A model generated the notes under the pieces. The model did not search any database. It saw only the letters and a list, made by a program, of their open reading frames with translations, and was not told where the DNA came from. A stretch of 64,000 bases of DNA. Source: Moniliella sp. 'wahieum' (taxonomy: Eukaryota). Position 1 is the stretch's first letter; every line of letters starts with the position of its first letter. This document shows, piece after piece, positions 37,504 to 49,207 of this stretch. Location of the stretch: NCBI GenBank assembly GCA_003971905.1, contig RSEE01000029.1, positions 62,001-126,000 of the forward strand, in the 5' to 3' direction. The position numbers and the translations under genes were made by a program.

Positions 37504-38819
37504 GCATTATGCCAGTGTTGTCTCGTCGCTTGGATTACTATAGTGCCCTCCTCCGGTATGCGCTCGCACGCCGAAAAAAAACACGGACGGTGCGCCAGAG
37601 GATGGACAGAGATGGGCCAGAATGGTAATGAAGAGTACAGAAGGCCACACGAAAAACGAGAGACAGGACCCTGAGCGCTTGGCTCGATCGGGTTCCAGAT
37701 CCTGATCGATGATCCAGATTCAGATTCAGATTCAGATTCAGAGCCAGAGCCAGACTCAATGGAATCGATTCCGAGCCAGTTGATGCTGTTCGGGCCCGAG
37801 CGATCATGGATCACTAGCTCGACCGAGCTGAGCGGCTGAGCCACAACTTGTCACTGCAGCGCTCAGAGAGGCGCAGCCAACCCACGTCCCACAGGCTTGT
37901 TCGACGCCCGAGGTTTGAAATATGCACCCGAGGGACGCCGAGCGCAAGCTGGCGTGAGCGCAGGCGGGCGGCATGGGGGCAGTGTGTGCCAGTGTGTGCC
38001 AGTGGCTAGTGGGGCGTGGCCAGTGCCTGGAGGGGCCGAGCGGACGTACCTGTCTCACACCCCCGCCTGTGAAACATGGTGCATTGCGCAGACACACCCA
38101 CCCCCTCCCACTCTCCCCGCCCCCGCCCCCGTCCCCCGAGAGCACACTGAGGTACTGAGTACTGACCCACTGACGTCCGAGTGGACTGGGCAGAGTGACA
38201 CACACGAGCGTGCGTCATACATCAGACACACTCGATCATGCACCACGCCCAGGCATCCTGTGCGCGCCAGGCGACAAACCACGTCGAATGCGCTGATGCG
38301 CTGATACTGAGTACGGGAGTAAGTGAGACGACCGACGCTCGGTCGATGAAGATCATCGATCAGAGGATCGTACCTGCGTTCTGCACCCAACCGTTGTGTT
38401 GTGCCCAGCGTGACCAGTGGCCAGTGGCCGGCCGGTGGGGCGAGACGAGCGCCGCACAAGTGTGGAGGAAAAGCAAAGCTGCCAGTCGCCAGGACTCAGT
38501 CCGTCGGTCCAGACACCTATGGCCTGCGGTCTGTCAGCATCCAGCACTGGCCCCGTGTTGCTTCATGTGCTCCCGCCTAGAAGCTATGGAAGACAGAGGA
38601 CGCACTACGCACTGTGCGCTACAGCTCAGTTTGACAGCTTGAGCGTTCAGGCTCAACCGCTCAGCCTTCCTGCCCGGTCGCCGCGGGTACATAAAGCACC
38701 CATCTTCTCCCCCTTGCTGCAAGCGCCCGAACCCACCTCCAACTTTCTTCTGATCCACTTCCTTCCCTACTACCCACCCACCACCACACCAACTCCCCCT
38801 TTCCCTTCCGATACCAACA

Positions 38820-40402
38820 ATGTCCTCCGTCTCTCGCTCCCGCCCCCTTCGCGCCCGGGCACCCCTAGCATGGACCACGTATGTCAACCCTCACCCCCCG
38901 ACCCAATACACGTTGGTGCAAGCACGTTGACTGACTTCTTCTCCTTCTAGGTTACCTTCAAGATGAGCTCCAACAGCAAGCCCAGCACGCCTGCACCCCG
39001 CACCCCCCTCCCGCAGCTCCTGGCCCAGTTCACCGAGATGTTCACGGTTGACACTCCCAAATTGAAGGAGCTTATGGCCGACTTTATCAAGGTGTTCCAA
39101 CAGGGTCTTGACACTCCGGGCCAGACAGTGCAGATGTTCCCGACGTACGTGTTTGGCTTCCCCAAGGGCACGGAAGGCGGCCAGTTCTTGGCGCTCGACC
39201 TTGGTGGAACCAACTTGCGTGTGTGCCTGATTGAGCTCAAGGGCGACCGTGCCTTTGACGTCACCCAGGCCAAGTACAAGCTTGCTGAAGAACAAAAGCA
39301 CTGCGAGGGCTCGGAACTGTTTGACTTCTGCGCCCAGTGCCTTGGCCAATTCGTCGAGGAGAACTTCCCCAAGAAAGCGGACGGCTCGGCCGACCTCGAG
39401 CACCGCATCCCTCTCGGCTTCACCTTCTCCTACCCCATGGAACAGGACAAGATCGACCATGGCCGTCTGGTGCGCTGGACCAAGGGCTTTGGCAACCCCA
39501 ACACCGAGGGCATGGATGTGGCCGCGATGCTGCGTGCGTCGTTGAAGAAGTTCAACATTCCCATCCGCCTTACTGCGCTCATCAACGACACGACCGGCAC
39601 CCTGATCGCCTCCCCTACACCAAGCCCGACGTGAAGATTGCCTGCATCTTCGGCACGGGCTGCAACGCTGCCTACATGGAACATGTGTCCAACATCCCCA
39701 AGTTCATGAAGGAGCACCCGGAAGTCAACAAGAATGACATCATGGCCATCAACTGCGAGTACGGTGCGTTTGACTCTTACTCGCCCAAGTACTTGCCCCG
39801 CACCAAGTACGACGTGACCATCGACACTACTTCCAACAAGCCCACGCAGCAAGTGTACGAGAAGATGATTGGCGGTCTGTACCTCGGCGAGATCTTCCGT
39901 CTCTGCCTGATGGACATGATTGACCAGGGTGACCTCTTCGTCGGACAGAACACCTACAAGCTCGACTCGCCCTACGTCTTCGACACGGCCTTCCTGTCCC
40001 TGATGGAGTCGGACGAAACGCCCGAAATGCTCACCACCGCCCGGACTGTTCGCCCACTTCTTCAACCTCGAAACAACCCTTGAGGAAAGGAAGTTCTTCC
40101 GCACCTTGGCCAACTTGATTGGTACCCGTGCCGCCCGCCTCTCCGCCGTAGGCATCGCTGCCCTCGTCAGCAAGATGGGCTTGATCGAGGAGGGCTGCGG
40201 CGTCGGTGCCGACGGAAGCTTGTTCACCAAGTACCCCGGTTACCCGCAGCGCATCTCCGATGCCCTCTGCGCAATCTTTGGCCAAACTAACGGCAAGAAG
40301 ATTCACCTCTACCAGGCCGAGGACGGCTCGGGTGTCGGCGCCGGTGTGATTGCCGCCATGACCAAGAAACGCTGGGACGACGGTGTGTACAAGCACTTGT
40401 AA
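38820..40402 (+). CDS. HXK: Hexokinase (short first exon; intron about 38879-38950)
   Basis: FLALDLGGTNLRV, LGFTFSYP, RWTKGF, INDTTGTL, IFGTGCNAAY, NCEYGAFD, EKMIGGLYLGE, AEDGSGVGA. Confidence 0.96.
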
Positions 40403-40963
40403 ACCCCCTGTCGTCGTCGTCGTCTCCCCCTCCCCTCTCTTCCTCTCGCCCCCGCAGGAGCTGGAGCCCCCCACCGTCTCATGTGACAAGCGTGGGACGG
40501 AGTGGTGCTCTTGTTTCTTGCTTCGGGCCACGAAATCATTCTACGATCGACATGCATCGATAGAGCACGAGCATCCTTCTGTTTGTACTTTCCCTGTCTC
40601 CTTTCTCCCCTCTTCCTATTTGCGGCCTCCCTCTGAGCTGTGCATGGGTTTTCATTGCGCGCTTGGCCTGGCTCGACCAAATTCACCGCTTTCATCCGTG
40701 CCTACTGTCTGTCGTGTGTCTTGTCTCGTGTACTCGTATAGGTGCGCTCTAGCTGCATATAGGTATAGGATCTTGATAGATTCTAAACCATTGTGAGGTG
40801 GTTTGGCGTGCAAAGAGTATACCGAGTACTAAGTCCTGTCTGAGTTCTCAGTCTGTCTTCTGAAGAGTGCAGTGGCGTGATGGATTGCGTGCAGCCACGG
40901 ATGGTAGGTCTGGGCATCCTTGTGGATTGAAAGGTAGTGCGGGCCGGGCGCCCCAACCATGAC

Positions 40964-41067
40964 GTCGGGTTAGCTCAGATGGGAGAGCGTGAGATTGAAG
41001 TTCATTCGATGTCCGATCCGCAGCAGTGGATTCCTCAAGGTCCCCGGTTCGATCCCGGGACACGACA
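40964..41067 (+). tRNA. tRNA-Phe(GAA), intron-containing
   Basis: TAGCTCAGATGGGAGAGC D-arm, TGAGA-TTGAAG anticodon arm, GGTTCGATCCC, T-run; 3' side of the anticodon stem is imperfect. Confidence 0.85.
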
Positions 41068-41205
41068 CTTTTTGTGTGTCTCGGGGTGCATTTTTTGATT
41101 GGGCTTTGCCATCCGAAGGTGGGCAGCGCAAAGGACCTAGGACCAAGGGGGAAGCTGGTCATGCAAATGGATGCACGCGGGTGGAATGGCAAAACCACAA
41201 AAAGA

Positions 41206-41291
41206 AGGTCCCACTGGGATTCGAACCCAGGTTTCAGGAAGACGAGGCAAGCTTCAGAATCCTACTTGCTAACCCACTACAATATGGAACC
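41206..41291 (-). tRNA. tRNA-Gln(CTG), intron-containing
   Basis: Reverse complement GGTTCCA...TAGGA-TTCTGA-[intron]-TCCTG...GGTTCGAATCCCAGTGGGACCT. Confidence 0.9.
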
Positions 41292-41695
41292 GTTGGGTGA
41301 GAGAGTAACATGCGTAAACCTACGGTATCTAGATGAGGGGAGGTGTGCAACCGTCGGATGTTGGATGTGGATGCATTTGAGTCGCGGTGCCGGGAGCGAG
41401 TGGGAGTGGAGCGGCACTTGGCGAGTGGAGCTGGAGGTGAGCTTTTGCGCGCCCCACAGGCGCAGGGGCAGTCGGTCGGAGAAGGACGGGGAGGGGCAGC
41501 GGGATGGGTGATGGTGACGTGGGGGAGGACAGTAGGGTACGACGAATGACGTTCTTGCTGCTGCGACGGCACCATCGATTGATTGATTGGTCTGCCGCTG
41601 CTCCTTAACACAAGTGCCCCCCACCACCTTCACCACCCTCACCGCCTTCACCACTCTCACCACTCTCACCCCCACCCCCACCACCTCGCGTGCCG

Positions 41696-43183
41696 ATGAG
41701 CTACAACTACGGCGGCGCTTACGGATACGGCGGCGGCTACAACAACCGCGCCCCGGCCCCGCTTCCGCCCCAACCCGGCTACGGCGGAGGCTACGGCGCA
41801 CCCCGCCGCCTCAACAGGCCTATGGCGCTCCGCAGGGATACGGCGCCCCTCAGGATACGGTGCCCCCCAGGGCTATGGCGCCCCCCAGGGTTATGGCGCC
41901 CCTCAGGGCTATGGAGGTACGTGTGTCTCCCCTTGTTCTAACCCCTTGGTTCCGCCCCTTGCTCACCATCCACCCTCCCATCCGCCTCGTCCCACCGCCA
42001 TTGTCATCGCCACCGCCAGCTCGTCCGCCGCCCCAGGCCGGCCCCCCTCCCGGCGCCGACCCCAAACTGTGGTATGTCCTTCTGCCCCGCCCTTGCCCCG
42101 CTGCCCAGCCCGCCCACTGACCCCCCGCCACGCGTGTCTGCGCGTCACCAGGGCTGGTTCTCTGCCGTCGACCGCGACCATAGTGGCACGATTGGCGCCA
42201 CCGAGCTCCAACAGGCTCTTGTCAATGGCGACTGGACCCCCTTTGACCTCGACACGGTCAAGATGCTCTTGTCCATGCACGATGTTGACCGGTCGGGCCA
42301 ACTGTCCTACCCAGAGTTTGTGGGCCTGTTCAAGTACGTACATTTACCCGTACCCTACCCGCTCAGCAACGGGCTCGCCCGGTGTTAGCTCTTGGGGATG
42401 CCACTGCTTTGCTCTGTTCTCTGTTCTTTGTTCTTGTTTTCTTTTTCCTTGTTTCGTTGGGCTAACGCAATCCCCCTCCTCAGGTACATTGAGCAATGGC
42501 AGGGCATTTTCCGCCAGGCCGACCGCGATGGAAGCGGTACCATTGATCCGCAAGAACTGGGTACGGCCTTGTCCCAGTTTGGCTTCAACTTGCCCCCCAA
42601 TCTGATCCAGTTGGTAGTGGCCAAATACGGTGCGTGGCGTTCTACACTCTCCTGTCCTGTTCTATCCTGTTTTGTTCTGCTCTGTTCTGTTCTGCTCTGC
42701 TCGGTGGGGGTGGCGTGAACGGGCGAACCCACAATCCCTCCTACCTGTCCCTTTCCACTCTCCAATTGCGTATGTGCGTATGAGCTGATGCTAACCACCA
42801 CCAAGCGAGTTCAGGTTCGGTCAACCGTCCTGGCGGGATCACCTTTGACCATTTCGTCCGCGCTTGCGTCGCGGTTCGTTCCTGACCCAAGGGTTCCAGA
42901 AGTACGACGTGGAACGGCGCGGCGCAGCCACCTTAACTTACCAGCAGTTTATGGAAATCGGTACGTTCGTCTTTTTCCTTGCCTGCCTCCTCCCCTCCCC
43001 CGGGCGCGTACCAAGGGAGCGAGCGAGCGGGGTTCGGGTCGAGTATCCCTCGCTCGCTCCCCCTCTTCTCCCTCGTCGGCACTTCTCCCTTCTCCCCGCT
43101 TTCTTGCGTCTTGCCTTGTCGGTACCTACCTACCTACTTACCTAACTTACTCGTCCCTCCGCGCAGTCCTTCAGGCTCCGTAA
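41696..43183 (+). CDS. PEF1: Penta-EF-hand protein (peflin/Pef1), multi-exon
   Basis: Gly/Pro/Tyr-rich N terminus (YGAPQG repeats), GADPKLW|WFSAVDRDHSGTI, ALVNGDWTPFDLDTVKML, WQGIFRQADRDGSGTI, ITFDHFVRAC, TYQQFMEI; several GT-AG introns. Confidence 0.92.
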
Positions 43184-44250
43184 CTCCTTAACCCCCCTTC
43201 CCCCAGGCTCCGTAACGCCCTCCTCCCTTTCTCGCCCCTTTCGCCACCCGCCCCTCCCCTGCCTCTACGTAGAGATGCTGATTCGTACACGCGCTGGAGC
43301 TCTTGCAAGTTACCAACCGCCTTGTCCCCATCCATCTCCACCCCTAGCTCCATCCCTAGCTCCGTCCCTTTTCATTCCTAGCTCCATTCCTAGCTCCATC
43401 CCCATCTGCGTCTCGGTCTCGGTCTCGGCCCCCATTTGATGTCTCGTTCCCGGGCGCGATGTAGTAGCTAGTAGAGTCCCTCCACCGTTCCCCGAATCTT
43501 CCCTAAACCCACGACCGGTCCCTGCGGGTCCGCCGCGCTGTCATGGCTCACGTGTTGGGCTGTGGCGGTGTGGTGGTGGTGGTGGAAGGCGCTGGATACA
43601 CTGGACGGGAGATGGACCAAGTCGAGAGAATTGGAGGGGGGCTCCCGCCATGCGCTCATCAACTGTGCGCACTTTTTGGCCCGCCCCCTGCCCGAGCCCG
43701 AGGCCGCGACGGTGTATACAGTGTAGTACTACATCGATACCAATGCGCAAGGATGTACTTGCGCTAATGCAATGGCAGGAACGGGTTAGATCGGTGGCTG
43801 GTGTGGATGCAAGCGTCTCGGGTAGGGTCCCGTGTGACATGTGACGCGTGAATATTGAATGCGAGCCAAGATGTCGCTGACGTTGATCGTGGGCCGTGGC
43901 CGTGGATCCAGCCCCCTACTGCATCTCGGGTTGCTCTTGGCGAGATGGATTGGGGAGTACAATACGTTGTGCGGGGTCTTTGTGTGTTGTGTTGTGTGGG
44001 ATGGAGGTGAGGCCAGAGGGAGGAGTGGGAGGGGTGTGGTCCACACGTCACATGTCACACTGTCGCATGTCGTTCCCCGTTCTTGGATCTTCCATCTCCT
44101 ACCTGGGTCTCGGACCTCCTGCATGCTACCTACCTTCAGGCCTACGTCGTCCGGTCTGCCGTGGCGTGTGCGTGCTGGACGAACACGATGGTGCAGGCTC
44201 AATCCAAGACCCTACACATTCCGAGTTTCAAGTAGCAACTGTGTTTTCCA

Positions 44251-44300
44251 GTTCCAAGGTCCAAGGTCCAAGGTCCAAGGTCCAAGGTCCAAGGTCCAAG
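44251..44300. repeat. Heptamer array (GGTCCAA)6-7
   Basis: tccaaggtccaaggtccaagg... read directly. Confidence 0.95.
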
Positions 44301-44314
44301 TTCCCAACCTGTCT

Positions 44315-45542
44315 GTATAGCCCACAGCCCACAGCCATAGGCGCCCGCGCGGGCTTAGGGCACGGGGGTGGGCTGGCTCGCTCCGGCGAGCTGGGTGCAG
44401 GCGCAGGCGCAGGGACGAAGGTGAGCGGCGTGGTGTGCATCGCCTGGGCCAGACTCACTCGCTCTACCTCGTTGGTAGGAACGTCAGCCAGCGGTGGTGG
44501 TGCGGGGGCGGAGGCGGATGGAGCGGCAGGCGTCCCTGCTGTCGCCGGAGATTCAGGAGACTCGTCGCGCCCAACATCCGTAGCGGTAGTGGTAGTGGTA
44601 GCGGTAGTGGGAGTGGGAGTTGTAGCGGTGGCCAACGCGGCAGTTTGGCGTGCCAAGGCCATTTGAGCCTGGAGGAAAAAGGAATAAAACGAAGGTGCAC
44701 CGGGGGGGGCAGCGAGCTGCATCAGTTCTTCCAACACGTACCCAGCCTGGACGAGGGCCGGGACGATGGCGCCGGTGACGGCGCGCACCAGTTGGCCGCA
44801 CATGTACGGCGTTAGGTTTGGCGCAAACGGAATGAGCTTCGGCGGCGATAAGAGCAAGCGCGTCTCCAGCGCAAACGCACACAGCGACACGAGTCCCGGC
44901 CAAAAGAGCGAAGAGGACGTGTAGCTGGCCAAGGTCAGGTGGCGCACCAGGTACGTCGCCCCAGCGTCGGCGACAGCCACCTTGAGCCGCGCGGAAAGGT
45001 CGCTGCGGTCCACATCGGTCGAACCAGACACAGAGTCAGCCACAGCGGCCCCCCAGCAGCAGCCGCACGCTTCGGCAAAATCACTCCCAGCCCGTACGCG
45101 TCCGCGCGCTCGGATCGAGTAGCGTCTGCACGCCTGATTCAACTGGGCAAAGTGCGCGTCGGCCTCCGAGGCTGCGCCAAGACTCGCATGACGACTTAGT
45201 TTGTCAGGATGACGTGTCTTGGCCAGCAGATGCCAGCGCCGCCGTACCCCGCTTGCGACGCTGCGCGCCCGCCGTGCACACCCACCAGCGCATACAGCGA
45301 GTGCTGCGCCAAGATGGACTGCACGGCCTTGTAGGCTTGGTAGAGCGCAAGAAGTAGCAGGACGAGAAGCACGACGATGAGTTGGTAGCTCCGCGCCGCT
45401 CGCGCGCTCGATGGCGCAGGCACGATGCCGTGCGCGACAAGGTGCGGGAGGACCCAGCCGGCGAGGCGCGCGGGCGCCCATGCGTACAGCACCCCGGCGC
45501 TGCCAGCGCCCAGAGCTGGCTCGCCCAGGCGGAGGAGAGCAT
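44315..45542 (-). CDS. Membrane-associated J-domain (DnaJ) protein; limits approximate, frameshifted
   Basis: Hydrophobic segment, then SLYALVGV...VRRRWHLLAKTRHPDK...AHFAQLNQA (HPD motif). Confidence 0.7.
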
Positions 45543-45813
45543 GGCGGCGGCGGGGAGGATAAGGTGGTGGTGATGGTGGTGGTGGTGGTGGGGGGGGATG
45601 GATGGTGGGGCGCACGAGATGATAATTGGCGCCGCCCTTCACGCTTCCCGCTTCACGCTTCAACTTTGCCTGACGATCGACCGAAACGCTCCTGCCGTTC
45701 ACTTACTCACACATGGCAGCCAACCCTACGAACCCAGATTCAGACTCCTACCTCGCCCCCCCCGCCAGCTGCCCTGCCGATGAGCTACTTGTACATTGCC
45801 TCCGCCCAGTGCG

Positions 45814-46910
45814 TCACGCCTCGGGCGTTTCCAGCGCATCCAGCGCCGCCGACAGCAAGTCCACCTTCTCCGTCAGCACCTTGAGCGATGCCAGCAGCAG
45901 CCGTTCGGGCGGGGATGATGCCGGTGGACTCAATGTCAAATAGGAAATGGTCCCGCACCCGGCCCAGCTTGACCGCATCCTTAAACTCCTCGTGCCGCAG
46001 CACCTCGCGCGACACGGTATCCTTCCGTGCATCGGCCACGTACACTTCTTGGCCTCCCTGGGCGGTCGGGCGGGTACCAATGACGCCCTCGGGGAAGCAC
46101 TGGGTAAACCTGCTTGCAGTTCCTTGTCCTTTTCCCGGTCCCCTGTCTGGCCAATCGGCTTGAGAATGTGAATCGTCGGCAGGAGGCGGTAGGAGGCAGT
46201 AGCAACGGGCGAAAACTTGGCATGGTCCTTGCCCACGCCCTTGACGCAGTGCAGCTCCATCTCGATCGACTGGCCCGGACGCATCTTGGCCAGGACAATG
46301 TCCTTGTTGACTGGCCGGGGGCAGGCCGCGTGGGTTGTTGGGCGAGCGCCAGGTCCAGTCCGCTTGCCCGCCTTGCGGCGAAACTGCATCATGCCACTGG
46401 TCACATGCGCATTGTCGTACAACTTGAGCGGGTCCGTCTCGAGCTTGTTGGTGGCCACGTGCCGGCCATTCTTCTTGTACTGCGGATTGCGCGTGCACGT
46501 CGCATTCAGCAGAAAGACGAGCGTGTTCTCATCGTCGCCCGCCGCATTAGGCTCCTTAAAGGTGAACAGGTCCGGAAAAGCCAATGGGCACACCAGGCCG
46601 AGGCGGTGAGCCAGCACTCGTCCTGCACAATCGACGTGTTCTTAAACACATACACATGCTCCACCGCCACTGTCGGCACCTCGGCAATGAGCACACGCCG
46701 AATAGCATTCGCAATGCTCGCGTCGACGCCGACCAGGTCGAGCTCGATGCGGTCGCTGGCGAGAGAGGTGATCTGGCAGGTAAGGCCGCGCGCGGAAGCG
46801 GGCCAGGTCCCAGACGCCGTCGTCAGCGGCCATGTGGCGGGGGAGGAAGGGGACGTGACGTTGCCCACCCGCTCCTCCTCAATCGACACGAGCCGGGGAT
46901 CGAGACTCAT
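45814..46910 (-). CDS. RPC40: RNA polymerase I/III shared subunit AC40
   Basis: [98 protein letters not shown]. Confidence 0.96.
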
Positions 46911-47236
46911 GGTGGTGGTGGTGGTGGGGTTGGTGTTGGTGCGTTTGGTGCGGGCTGGTATCGTCGGTCGATTGTCTGCCCGGCCGCCGCTCGAGAAAAA
47001 AATTGCCTGCGTCGGGAAACCCAGGGGCAGGGGCGGAATCCACTGCGCGCCGGCCGGGCGGACACGAGCGGTTGCCGACCCCCACGCGCTGCCTCGCAGC
47101 GCCTGATATATCCTGCTGGACGCAACACTGGAGTATTTCTGCTGGAAGCACTTCGTATATTCTGCTGGCTCTTATAACCTCGTGTGCGACCTCCACCACC
47201 GCCAATACATCCACACCATTCAGTACACACATGCGT

Positions 47237-48841
47237 CTACTTGGGCACAAACCGCCTCAGCAGTCCTTCTCCCACTCCGCCAGCCCCCCGCCTCCCCGCC
47301 GCGGGCTTGGTCCCAGCCGCCGCGCCGCGCCGCTCCTGCGCCTGCTGCTGCTCCAGCGCCGCCAGCGCACGCTCAAACACACTCCACTCAATCACGTTGC
47401 CCTCCACCGCCTCGCCTTCGGCGGTCTGATGCGCAATGCAAAACTCGGCCTGGCGGAGCCGCGTGAGCTTGACCACATGCGCCGCACTCCCCATCCCGCG
47501 CTAGGTCGTGCACGATCGACCGCACATAAGTCCCGCCACTGACCGTCATCTCCAAGCTGAATGCTGCCGGCGCAATACACGCTCATCGTCCGCTGCGTCC
47601 ACCGTGGTGGTAGTAGGGGTGGCACCGGTGGTGGGTTGGTACTGCTGCTGCATGGCTGCTTTCTTGTGTCGTCTCCGCCGCGGCGCTGCTTGCCTGCTCA
47701 GCGTCCACGGCCTTGGTCGTAGTGCTCTCTTTGTTGGTTTCCGCACGCTCATCCTCTTTGGCTGGCGTTGGCTCTGCTGGCTCCGATGCAACCGGCTTGG
47801 GCTCGGCGCTCGGCTGCTCAGCGTCCACGGCCTCCGCTGTAGTGCTTTCTTTGTTGGTTTCCACCCGTTCCTCCTCGTTGGCTGGCTCTGGTTGCTCTGA
47901 TGTGACCGGCTTGGGATCGGCGTTCGCCTGCTCTGCGTCCTCGCCTTCGCTGTGGTACTCTCTTTGTTGGTTTCCACCTGCCCTCCTCTTTAGCTGCCTC
48001 TGCTTGCTCCGATGCGACCCGCTTGGGCTCGGGCGCCTCGTCGCCCGCCATCGCACGCACCCTCCCCACCAGCGCCTTGTCTTCCTCCGGAACCTCATTC
48101 TCCGGTGGCGCATACGGGTGCTCGCCCGCCTTGAGGAAGGAAGTCAAGCGCACGCATCTACCTGCACCTCGCGCTTGGAATCGGGCGCGGCAGCGGGAGG
48201 TTTGTCGTGCATACTCAAACAGCCGTCTGCCTTCGATCCGAACTGCCGAGTACAGCGGCGGCGCCTGGGTAATCGTGCCGCGAAAGTGGGCCAGAGCTTG
48301 CTCCAGCAGAACGGGCGTCACGTGCGTGTGGGGGGCACGGTACATAATCGGATCCAACTTGTCGTAGCTCGTGGTCGACGAGCCGAGCAGCGCCGTCGTC
48401 GCGTACTCTTTCGTGCACGACTGGAATTGCCCACACGCCTTGGTTCCACCATTGACGCCAATGACTGCGATTGGTACAAAAGGGAGAGGGGGAGGGGGTA
48501 GTCACGCGGTCTGGACGAGGGAGAGAGGCATTTAAGCCAGGCAAAACGGGGAGCGGACGTACCCAGTACCCCGTCGGCCAACGGGTCTAGCGTGCCACCA
48601 TGACCAATTTTGGGTGGGATATGGGGCTGGCGATTGAGCTTGCGGAACATGTTGCCCTCCAGGGGCACAGGCTTGCCATCGGCCCTCTTGAACAGTGCTG
48701 AGCGCGCAAGCAGGGGCTTGAGACGGTCCAGCAGCTCGGCCGAGGTGGGGCCCGAAGGCTTGTTGATGGCAAACACGCCCGAGAGCGGACGGGAGTCGAT
48801 GGTGGACGGGGCGGTGCGGGCACGCTTCGAGGGCGCGACAT
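47237..48841 (-). CDS. PUS4: tRNA pseudouridine-55 synthase (TruB/Pus4)
   Basis: [70 protein letters not shown]. Confidence 0.92.
47688..48036 (-). repeat. Three about 115-bp coding repeats inside PUS4
   Basis: [36 protein letters not shown] three times. Confidence 0.9.
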
Positions 48842-49207
48842 GGCGGTGGCGGTGGTGGTGAGGGTGCGGGTGCCAGGCGATGGGAACCGATGGAGGCGCA
48901 TCGGGAAGATGGCCAGTTGCTGCTTCTGGTGCTTTCCCCCCACTAATAGGGCCACGTGAGAAGCCCCAACCAAAAAAAAACAGAAAAGAAAAAACAAAAC
49001 AAATCCAACGGCGGCGAGGCGAGAATGGATGAGTTGCACCGATCCCCCTGGTCTGGCCCTTGTTCTGCCAGGCAGCATCCATCCTCTCTGGTGGCCTCGA
49101 CGCGTCGCCATCGCCGTCGCCATCGCCATCGCCCCCATCACCTTCACCACCTCCACTACCTCCACCACCCCACCTCCTCCTCCACGAGCCCCCCCCCCCC
49201 TCGGCTC

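Noticed and set aside
37714..37756. (CAGATT)4(CAGAGC)2 hexamer run and other 3-6-bp microsatellites
   Set aside because: Ordinary slippage microsatellites with no link to the 7-bp rule.
44228..44312. LDLGPWTLDLGPWT tail on the J-domain ORF
   Set aside because: It is read-through into the GGTCCAA array, likely a frame artefact rather than real protein.
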